A DNA stretch of 60,275 nucleotides, filler included, from Sphacelaria rigidula (lineage: Eukaryota), in NCBI GenBank assembly GCA_964200075.2. It is 7 parts of 7 records of this genome, joined end to end, with 100 filler letters (N's around TTAATTAATTAA, not from the genome) between each part and the next. Parts side by side here need not be neighbours in the genome. Positions count along the whole stretch, not along the records: positions 43,128 to 51,651 come from CAXNAA020010887.1; positions 51,752 to 60,275 come from CAXNAA020010888.1; 5 more parts are not named here. One strand, given 5' to 3'. The translations under genes and the position numbers were made by a program. Of this stretch, positions 49,965 to 60,275 are shown piece by piece. The notes under the pieces were generated by a model that was not told the origin of the DNA, did not search any database, and worked only from the letters and a program-made list of their open reading frames with translations. The stretch's first letter is position 1. Each line of letters opens with the position of its first letter.

Positions 49965-50850
49965 ATGTCCAGCGCCGAAGTGTTTAGCTGGGGCGCATTG
50001 AGTACTCCCATTACGTCTTCGCCGGAGACCGGGGAAAAACAAACAGCTGTAAAGGAGGAGGTCGTCGCGCCCCTCGAAATCGCTCGGCGATTTCATGTGC
50101 ACCAGGTGTTCGCCGGGTTCGGAGCCGCCGCACTTGGGGGCGACAGACGCGTAGAATGGATACCGAAGCACAGTCGGCCCCTCCGCAGCGATAATGGTAG
50201 TAATGACTTTTCGCCTATATCAAACTTCATCGGAGTGAACAGCGTTGCTTTTGGGCAAGATCACGCACTTGTGTTACAAACAAGAATCCACGAAGATGAA
50301 AATGGGCCGAAGGGTGTTGGGAGTGGAACGACGACGTCTGTACTTGCGTACGGTTCGGGGCATCAAGGCGAGGTGAGTGGAAACTATATACTGCTCTCCC
50401 GCAGCTGGAATCTTCGTGAGTGTGAGTTGCCAACAACGCAGAATTTTGAAACTGCAGTTTTGACCACTCTCAACGGTTTCGAAGTGCTTAACTGCTACTG
50501 AATACCTCCCGACCGTGCAGCTCGGCCTTGGAGCTCATACCTTCGAGAGCAAGACTCCACGACAAATCCCAGCCTTGTCCTCGTATCGTGTCGTGCAAGT
50601 GGCATGCGGAGCGAAGCATTCTGCTGCAGTGACCTCACACGGCGACTTATTCACTTGGGGTCGAGGGATTGAAGGTCAATTGGGCCACTCCAGTCGGCAC
50701 CTACCGCCGGCACTCAACGAAGCGATATCCGGCCTGCAGCTAAAGCCGAAAGCAGTGCCGGCTTTCTTGGCGACAAAAAATCGCAGCCGTCCGGTTCATC
50801 ACGTAGCCTGCGGGCACAACTTTACCGTTGTTGTGACTCGGGTGGGCGAG
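49965..50850 (+). CDS. RCC1-repeat protein, 5' portion
   Basis: Exons 49965-50372 (MSSAEVFSWG..VAFGQDHALVL..AYGSGHQGE) and 50521-50850 (LGLG..VVQVACGAKHSAAVTSHGDLFTWGRGIEGQLG..VACGHNFTVVVTRVGE), joined by a GT-AG intron in phase 0. Confidence 0.9.
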
Positions 50851-53800
50851 GTGAGGCGCGTTTTTGTCATATTTTTTTCGTGAGGTGAGTCAAGGGCGCA
50901 CCAAAATTTTTCTTTGAGACCCTCACCCCCCCCCCCCCCCCGCGCCCCCCCCCCACAAAAACTCTTTTTTTTTCTAACAAAAAATTTTTTTTTTACTTTT
51001 NNNNNNNNNNGGGCCCCCTTTCGTGGCCACGCGCGGGGGGAGGCGGCCGAAAAATCCTTTTTTTTTTTCCAAAAGTAACATTGATTTTAAGCTTGTTGTT
51101 GATGGTTGGTCAGCAAGATAGCACCCATGCGTTGTCGGAACGACATATCGACAGCGATTAAACAAAGTATATCGTGCTTTCGGGCTGTTGTTGTTGGTTT
51201 TTGTCCTGTTTTGTCAATTGTTTGGTCGGTGTTGTCGATACTTTGTGTTTTTCGACATTAATTTGTCTAGAAATCCTCGCCACACAACGAACGCTACACC
51301 CAGCATGAGTTTAGCACGCCCGACCCAACTTGCAAGTAACTTGAGCCGACCCAAATAAAGTTCACCACGCCACAGACAATGAGATGATGATGGTTGCTGT
51401 AGACTACTAGTAGTACTTCATCCCCTTGCTCCCCGCCTCCGGCCTCAAGCTTGCCCCCCTCCCTTCTTGCCAAGTTCGGCCGTTGCAACAGTCGCTGCGT
51501 TCAGACGCGGAAACATTCCGGCGTTTCGTCGCAAAACAGTGTTTTCGTGAGATTGAGAGTAGATGATACGATTGAGAGTGGCTTTGATCATTCGCTTTAA
51601 ACAGCCAATCATCTATGTTGAGGATGGTGCTTTTGATTGAGGATGAGAACCNNNNNNNNNNNNNNNNNNNNNNNNNNNNNNNNNNNNNNNNNNNNTTAAT
51701 TAATTAANNNNNNNNNNNNNNNNNNNNNNNNNNNNNNNNNNNNNNNNNNNNTAAGGGGCTCGTAACAATTCTAACCTCAGAAATTATTTCTGTACCCCTA
51801 CCGTAGCATCACTCAATCGCAGGTTATGGGAGAGAAAGCGTCGTGTATTTTGAGACCACTGATCCCCAGGGTAACCCTGTGAGCATTAACAAAGCAAACA
51901 GAGATCAATAGGGGAGCCCAGGGATTTTCCCCGAGCCTAGGCAAGACTACTACATCGAGGAATATATAGCACAACCCAGTATAGTAAACGTATGTCATCA
52001 CAATGGTTTTCCCCTTGGGACGGGTCTGTAAAAGCAGGCGAGACCTGGAAGCCACGTTCCGCGTGTTCCAAGTACAGATGGTGCCTTATTTTCGGCAAGA
52101 GAGATATCACGATGTCCTTTTTACAGGAATACCAATCAGAGTTTTTATCGAGCTTGAGCCGGCACTGCGGCGGCAGTTCAGTAATATTGCAGTTGACATG
52201 GCTCAGAAAGGATGGGATATCATCATCGACAAAATCACAGTACCGCAGTTAGTGGAACACATTGCTGCCATGTATGGGAGCCCGAGTGAAGCATGGGATT
52301 ATTTGGCTCAGTACTATGGTGTATCCCTCACAGCACACAAGGCCCCCTTCGAGGTGGAACGACACACACTTGAGATGGGCCTGGATGAGTCCTCTTTCGT
52401 TTTCCTGAGCAAACCTATCTCATCAGGCACAAAAGCCAGGGTTTCGCTTTCACTTTGTCAGACTTAGATACAAACCGTCATCACGAGCGTCGACTTTCAT
52501 CCGACTTTGAGATTCAGCTAGACACGCTCCCTACGATGCCAGAGACTCTTGAAACTGCGCATGCGTAGTTGTCGAAGAGTAGGGCAGGATTGTCATTAAG
52601 TCGCGCTCCAGCTGCTGCAGCGCCCGGCGATTCCCACAGTGTCATATCGGTGGGACGGCGAAACAGTGAGGCGGGAGGGGGCAAAGAGCGAATCCACGAC
52701 GACAACAACCACCAGAACTCACTCAACTCCCATCATCGATACCACCAGCCGTATCACAACTCCCCCAACTCCCGCCAACACCACTGCGATTGTTGCTCTG
52801 GCCGTAGGGGGTGTAATACCCCGCACCATCATCACAACAATCACGATGATTCATCACGCAGATATGGGTCACGGTCGGGATAAGGGTCACGAGCACTTCA
52901 ACTCCTGTCATGACCGGCGTCAATCAAGGTATGGTGGACATGACGGAGATAGGGGTAGCAGTTACTCGTCTACATCATCACCACCGCGTCGAAACCGCGG
53001 ATCGAGACGACAATCTCATCGCGCACCGCATCACGGGAGATATCAACCCCTCTTCAATCGACACACACCCCCATGCCAATCCAGCACAACAGTATGATGA
53101 GGGTTATACCGATGGAGGTAACTTCGCCTTTAGTGACGTAAATGCTTTCGATGGCGCTGGATACGCCCATTACGCACAGCATCCGCCCTCGACACAACAG
53201 CTGCCACTGCAACCTCTGCACCAACCTAAATCATCCACAACATCATCAACAACACACATACCAACCTCCATTCAATTGTCATCCTACCCAACGTCAGCCA
53301 CCAGCCTACCATTACTACTACCCACAACAGCAACACCACCAGGCCGCAGCCCCCCCTACTACTTCAGCACGTTCTGCAGATGCGTCACAGCAGTCGGAGC
53401 ATCTATAGCTATGCATGGCGCGTTTCTTGTCGCCAGACGAGTTTCGTTTTCGGCTTGGTAATATTAAATTGCGTGGATATGTCTTGTTACATGGGCAGAA
53501 TTTATCGAGTACAAGTGTGATGGTAGAGAGGAGCGGATTCCATGCACTGGTGCTTCCAATCATGTCACCCGAAAAACGCGGAATGTTTTTTATTTACGAA
53601 CCCCTCCTCAAGGTATTGAGAACGTAATCATGGGTAGCATAATCACATTTCCGGTCAATGCAGTAGGTAGTCTGACATTAAGATTCCACATGCGATATTT
53701 TACACACATTTATCTGCTCCCTCCACAGATGTGTATGTACAGCTCATCGATGTGTACGTGGTAGAAGGTGCCAACACGAGCCTTTTCCCCCTCCACCACG

Positions 53801-54126
53801 TGCAGGAAAAACACGATACCATCGTAATTCGATTTTCCTGACATAAGGCCGTATTGTGGTCCCTCCAGTCGCAATCTCTTCATGCCCCCATAGCGAAGAG
53901 GATTTGTCTGCGTCTACAGAGCTTCATTCTTCGCTGGACACCCCCACATCGAGCAACGGAACTGAGCTTTCCCCCACTCCCGTAGAGTCTCGTTCCCCCA
54001 CGAGCGAAATTGATTCTTCCTCCACTGTGGAGGATCCTTCCCTTAGTAGCGAAGTTAAAAGTTGTCTTCATCTGTGGAGCTTCATTCTTCCCTGCACACC
54101 TTTACATCGGGTAGCGGAGGTGACTA

Positions 54127-54350
54127 TTTCTACTACCGTAGAGTCTCGTTCCCCTACCAGCTGAGGTGATTTTCTACGGCTATTGTAGAGTCTCGTTCCC
54201 CTACCAGCAGAAGTGATTTTTCTACGGCTACTGTCGAGTCTCGTTCCCCTACCAGCAGAAGTGATCTTTCTACGGCTACTGTCGAGTCTCGTTTCCCTAT
54301 CAGCATGAGCGATTTTTCTCTGGCTACGATAGAGTCTTGTTTACCTACGA
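54127..54350. repeat. 48-bp tandem repeat, about 4-5 copies
   Basis: Unit GAGTCTCGTTCCCCTACCAGCAGAAGTGATTTTTCTACGGCTACTGTC. Confidence 0.9.
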
Positions 54351-54739
54351 ACGAAGTTGATTTCTCTCTTCCTATGAAGCCTTTGAGGGTTGACACAACC
54401 TCAGCGTCACAAAGGGGTGTGTTGCACTGTTCCCCTAGTGTTGGCTTACACCATATTTCCGCCTCCCCGGGGTCTGTGTCCAGCTCGCTTCCACTACAAG
54501 CGTCATACCTGATCCCTCAGGTGTTAGTAGCTAGCCCGCTTCCTCGACAAGCCGTGTACCTTTTGTGCGAACTGTTCCGCGTATGCAGCTTCTGCAACCG
54601 CCGCCGATGCCGCTCGCCGGCAGGGGGGGTAATGAAGCTAGTACCGTCGTCGACCCGCCGGCATCCCCGCAGCTGCTGAATCACGCGGTAAAATCCGAGC
54701 CGCTACCGATGCCGCCGCTACCGTTGACGTTCCTGACAA

Positions 54740-55160
54740 TGCTGCCGTCGCCGCCAACAAATGATGCAATGATATCCGAGCCTCCGCAGCCACCGCCGAC
54801 AACCCCGAGTCCGATGCAATTGCTGCCGACTCCATCGATGCCGTCGCCGACGTCACTGCAGCAACTGTCGACATCACCGCAGCCACCGTCGACAGCCCCG
54901 AGTCCGATATAACTGCTGCTGACTTCATTGACACCGTCGCCGACATCACCGCAGCCATCGCCGACAACCTCGAGTCCGATACAACTGCTGCCGACTTCAT
55001 CGGCACCGTCGCCGACATCACCGCAACCACCGCCGATAAATTCGAGTCCGATGCAACTGCTGCCCACTTCAACGCCATCGTCACCGACAACACCGCAGCC
55101 GCTACTGCGTCCTCATACTCTGCCGACTTTATCGGTATCGTCGCCGACAACACCACAGCC
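54740..55160. repeat. 72-bp imperfect tandem repeat, about 4-5 copies
   Basis: Unit CCGTCGCCGACATCACCGCAGCCA..GAGTCCGATACAACTGCTGCCGACTTCATCGGCA. It produces Pro/Ser/Thr-rich ORFs. Confidence 0.85.
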
Positions 55161-57243
55161 CACTACCACCTACTTCGCCGACAACATCGCAGCCGCTACT
55201 GCTTTCTCATACATCGTTATCGTCGCCGACAATATCGCAGCCACTGCTGTTGCCGCAGACCTCATCGATACCATCGCCGATAACGTTGCCACTTCCAGCG
55301 AAGCAAAGGGTGATACTCAAGCCGCCGACACTGTCATTGGTATCACCTTGGGCGATTTCGCGACCGATACCATTGCCGCCGACTCTGCTAACATCACCGC
55401 CAATAGCACAACAGCAACCGCTGTCACTACCGCCGACTCTGTCGGCAACACCGTCTGAAGTGTGGTGTCATCGGTGCCGGGTGAATAGAGCACGGGGGCG
55501 GGAACGCACACTGACTCTGTCAGCAACACCGCAAACAGCACAGCGGCCGTTGTCGCTGCGGCTGCCACCGACTTTGTCGGCAACACCTTTTCACGCGTGG
55601 TGTCGTCGGTGTCGATGGAAAGGAGCAGGGAGGCACGTAGGCATTCCTATGCGATTGAGTATGGGCAGCCCTGGAAGCAGGGGGGCACCAGAATGGCACG
55701 GGAATACGGGGAGACAGATAAATCTGGATGGAGCACGGGGATGAAATCGACGCTTTTGACCAGAGGAGAAATGCAGGGGCAGGAAATAGATTCCGGAGAA
55801 TAGTATGCTTCGAACGTGGCCATTTCAAGTATTCGTTTGTTGACAGCTCCAGCTTAGCAGTAGATTCATGCTTTGCGGAATTTTGATTCCAAGTAAGGCT
55901 TTAGACCCATCGGTTTCGAATGAGGGCGCATTGATGCGAATACTGCCTGGCTGCAATGATTTTTTTTAATAATATGCCAGACTTGCAATAGTTAACAATT
56001 GACGTGCTTCACTAGGCATTCTTATCGGGGATCGTTCCGCGTAGAAGCAGCTGGCGCGGGTCAAAACGGTTGAACATTCAGGCTTGCGACTTTGATTTTA
56101 CGTAGGGAGTTCGGTCCGAGCCTTTTGAATTGTATCGTACTGCATCACCGTGTGGAGTTTTCATGCATGTGCTACCGGGTTTTCAGTTCGAATTTTGATC
56201 GTATTCACCTCGGTTTCTGATATCACTCGGATGCTGACATAGTTTGAAATATTTCTTCGTCTAAGTTTACTTTTTGGCGTGAATGCAAACGTTCGCAACC
56301 AAGCGCTATGGTCACGAAAAAACGTCAAGGGGTCGGGGGATTTGATGACGTGAACCCTTGATAGATAATAGCACGCAGCGAATTATTTTTGGTTGATTTG
56401 ATCAGTTGATCTTGGATCTTGGAATATACGTTTGTGTTGGTTTACGGTAGAAACGTGGCTTGAGACTTACAAGAAATATAATCCCGTCCATGGGAACGTG
56501 ATATGGAATCAGAGGGGTGTAGAATGTTCGAGGTACGACTTTCCAGACACATTTGGCCTTTTACGTTGCCGAGTCGTTTGAATTTCACAGTCATCATGTT
56601 ATGATCATATTTTGACTTTGGCGTGAGTAAGGGGTCGTGAGTTTATCCGTATGATGATAATCGACAAGGATCCGCGTCAGTCAGGGGGGCTATTCGAATA
56701 TGTCCCGACTGGATCCTCGTACATGTGTACTTGTACTGGTTTGCATACAACCTCGGGAAGATTGATTGCGGAATGAATTCAAGATACAGTACGAAAATGG
56801 ACCAAGCAGCAACGCGGGGTTGTAGCACGACTTCTGCACCGCATATGTCACGAGACGTCCTGACGTCGTCGCTTATGTTTGATCTGTATTTGGCATGGAC
56901 GTTTGCATAAGTAGCTCTGAAGGAGCGTACATTCGGTGGTGTGTGTGTAATTGGTGACGCAAGAGTATGGGAAAGATTAATACAAGAAGATAATACACTT
57001 TCCCCCTCCCAAGAATACCTTGTGTAAGAGGCTTTCAACTACCATTACATAGTTTTTTGTCCACATCTCACCCACGCACAAAAGTACTATAAACGCTCAT
57101 GTACATCAAGGAGACAGCCCTGAGTACTGACACCACACCGCATCAAAATTCGTAAACTTTTTCCCACACATTTTGAGGGTTCCTACAACGAACAACCGTA
57201 CCAAATTTACAGAATTGTGACGTCATATTGTTTTAGTGTCATT

Positions 57244-58741
57244 ATATACCCCCTGCAGGTTCACCTGCGGCTTCTCTACCGTACTTCAATAGAGTGTGAT
57301 ACGCTCTCCACACAGTTTGTTGCAATGTAGGTGTAGCTGTAGACGACAGAGAATATCTATCGAAAGGCATCGTATACCACAGTAGATTCTGGTAAGTATC
57401 TATCGATGTTCATTGGCGCCATCAACAGGTGTTGGTACGCAATCTATCAATCGCGATTGCCGTCATCACTAGATTTCGTACACGATATATTAATAGCCAT
57501 CGTCGTCGTCAATAGATTTGGCACACCGTCTGTCGATAGACATTGCCGTCATCAATATATTTCGGAAGCTATCGATCGATATATTCGGTCGGCGGTATTA
57601 GTTTCAGGTGTGAGGCCACAGTAGACTGCTGCCCAGGAAATAGTGTGGGAAAGCGGTCTATCGACAGATATTGCCGACCACAATGGAAAGAGAAGCTTGT
57701 CGATCGATAGCCATTACGGACGACATTAGTCACATCTGCTAGGCCGCTTCACCTATTGCCATAGCAATAGATGCTGTCTATTGTCCAGGGTGTGGTGGTT
57801 AACCGTTGATCAAGGCCTCCGCCAAGGTTGTGTGCTTTCCCGTCGTCTGTCCAACATATTTCTCGCGGCGGTGCTGACGGTGGCGCTCGACGGCTTCTCC
57901 ACATCATGAAGCGGTGGTGGAGGACTTCATCCGCATCGCTGAAAGGGGCGGGAAGACCAGGGACGAACTCAGGAAAGTGCTGTCGAACACAGGATTTTAC
58001 AAATTGGGGATAGATTTTTCATTGAGGATGATAACCCGAACAATTGAAATCTTCGTATCCGCACCAAAACTTCGAAATATAGGTCCACTTCTTCACCTAC
58101 TGGTAGCTATTGACTGCTGCTACCCGACATACAAATTTGGATCCTTGTAACCCACTGTTGAGACCCTCGGTGAAGAAACGACTTTGCACACCCTGGACAA
58201 TAGACGTCATCTATTGCGATAGCTGCAGTAGATTCCAATATTGCCGTCCGTAATGGCCATCGATCGGCAAGTTTCTCATTAGACTTCGAGTTACTGTCGT
58301 TGGTAATCTCTATCGATAGACCAGTTTCCCACACTTGTGTCTGGGCAGCAGTCTGTTGTGGCCCTACACCGAAACCTATTGCGGCCGACCAAATGCATCG
58401 ATCGATAGCTTTCCAAATTTATTGATGAAGGCGATACGATAGCTATCGATAGATAGACCGCGTGCCAAATCTATTGATGACGACGATGGCTACTGGCAAA
58501 TTGCATACCAAATCTATTGATGACGGCAATCGCTATTAATAGAGTGCGTATAAAACCCATGCATGGCGGCAATGAATATCAATAGATACGTACCAGAATC
58601 TACTGTTGTACACAATGCCTACCGATAGATATTCCCTGTCGTCTATTGCCACACCTACATCGCAACAAACTACGTATAGAGCATATTATACTCCGTTAAG
58701 GTACGGTAGATAAGCCGCAGGTGGACATGCAGTGGGTATAT
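57244..58741. mobile_element. Foldback/Mutator-like non-autonomous element with ~550-bp imperfect terminal inverted repeats
   Basis: The arm 57244-~57810 is the reverse complement of ~58170-58741 (ATATACCCCCTGCAGGTTCACCTGCGG pairs with CCGCAGGTGGACATGCAGTGGGTATAT; CAGTAGATTCTGGTA pairs with TACCAGAATCTACTG). The spacer is about 370 bp. Confidence 0.85.
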
Positions 58742-60275
58742 GCGGATACTGCTTGTGAATACATATATGACGCCACGTTCGTGCGATTTTGGAACGGTTA
58801 TATTTCGTATGAATCCGCAATATGCGCGGACAAAAGTTTACAACTGTTGTTGTTGGTGTGGTGTTGATACTTCTGGTTGTCCCTCTGATGGACATGAGCG
58901 CTTACAGTACTTTTGTGTGTGGGTGAGGTGTGCCTATACCCTAGACGAAAGACTATGTAATAGAACATTGGCGCTGCAATAGCCCCGAAAACTTGACTGT
59001 CAATGTTCACTGTCAGTCATAATCGACTGGCATCGAAGTCTATCGATAGCTATTGTAGGCGACAATAGATTCGGGACATGGAACAGAGTGTATCATTGCC
59101 GTGACAACGGAGGGGCCAACTTGTCTATCGATACACTTCACTTGTTGCAATAGGCTCTGAATTGCGGCCACCAATGTCTATTGCTAATGACAAAAGGATC
59201 TGCCACGCGGCCACCAATACATATTGTTGGTGACAATAGGATCTGACTTGCGCCCACCAATGTCTGTTGAGATTCACAGTATCATTTGAATCGCGGCCAC
59301 CAATGTCTACCGCTGGTCACAATGTAATCTGAATCGTGGCCACTAAAACCTGTTGTTGCTGACCATAAAGAAAGTAGCTGAATGGCATCGATCACAAGCG
59401 CTATGCATGCACATTTTTCGCTGAACGTTTCCACCTTATATATTCCACAGAAGCTATGGGCAGCTATCGCCTCAGATCGTTGCGTGTTCAAGTGTGAGGG
59501 GTATTGCCGTTGATGTCATGAGGCTTCTGCGGTGAGCAATATATTTTTCAAAACCTATCGTTGGCGTCACTGGCTATCGATAGATGCTCCCGAGAACAAT
59601 CGATCGTTGACGGCAATGCCCGTATTGATGGATTCCAAAACATGCATTGTTGGCGGCAGAGGCTACCGATAGACGGCTCACCAAATCAATTGATGGCGAT
59701 AATAGGTATTGATCGATGACTCACCTAATCTATTGATGACGGCAACGGTTATCGATAGATGGCTCACCACAACCTTTTGATTACGGCAACGGCTATCGAT
59801 ATATACAACCCAGAATCTATCGCGGTACACGATGCCCATCGATGGCGAGTGATCTCCATCTATTGTCATAGCCCTAGGCTATCGATTGACTATTGCAACA
59901 TCCGTTGTCCCTTGCAATACATATCAATAGATGTGTTGCACCATATATCGTGTTCAATAATATATATATATATATCGATACTTTTCCCCCCGTGTCTAAT
60001 GCTGAAGCGATGGACTATTTTTGTGTCCATTGTGTGCAATACTGGGGAATTTGGATGATCCGATCAGATCGCCGAAATCCCTCGAAATTTGCTTTTCGCC
60101 TAGGATCCCAAAATTTTGGTTATCGAAATCCAAATCTGTACGGCGTGTAGTACTTGTCAATAGCTACCAGCAAGTGAAAAAATATCATCATATTCTGAAG
60201 ATTTGGTGTGGATACTGTGACGCTAGCAGGTCTGCTAGTACTGCAGCGTCTAAATGCTGTTGAGGGACTCCCCAG

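Larger units (their letters stand above)
51752..56650 (+). mobile_element. Highly decayed, probably non-autonomous Copia-like LTR element (gag and protease remnants, repeat-filled interior)
   Basis: ..CA|GGTTATGGG PBS at 51822. Gag-like AWDYLAQYYG..LEMGLDES (52290-52400). Protease-like TGASNHVT at ~53545. Purine run AGAGGGG followed by TGTAGAATG at 56511-56526. No integrase or RT motifs recognised. Confidence 0.6.

Noticed and set aside
54127-54350. Regularly spaced repeats resembling a CRISPR array (also 28340-28505)
   Set aside because: The units are head-to-tail with no unique spacers, there are no cas genes, and the context is a eukaryotic TE.

Overview
Eukaryotic, intron-rich DNA with the style of a brown alga or other stramenopile (inference from GT-AG introns of 0.1-3 kb, a spliced plastid-type ftsZ and Copia elements with a GGTTATG primer site). 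The window is not one locus. It is seven unrelated contigs of about 8.5 kb (8527, 8527, 8525, 8524, 8524, 8524, 8524 bp) joined by artificial 100-bp N44-TTAATTAATTAA-N44 linkers. Host genes: a partial CDPK/CaMK-like kinase, a near-complete DDX5/DBP2-like DEAD-box helicase, a partial ftsZ, a partial URB2/NPA2-like gene, the 3' part of an SCI1-like gene and the 5' part of an RCC1-repeat gene. Mobile DNA: two decayed Copia elements, MITEs, foldback elements, tRNA-derived SINE-like repeats and a decayed Gypsy element. The standout is the Gypsy pol. It carries an in-frame DNA cytosine-5 methyltransferase-like domain between RNase H and integrase, apparently lacking the catalytic PC and ENV motifs, plus chromo-like and Tudor-like domains after integrase. 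All domain calls come from reading motifs by eye and need HMM confirmation.
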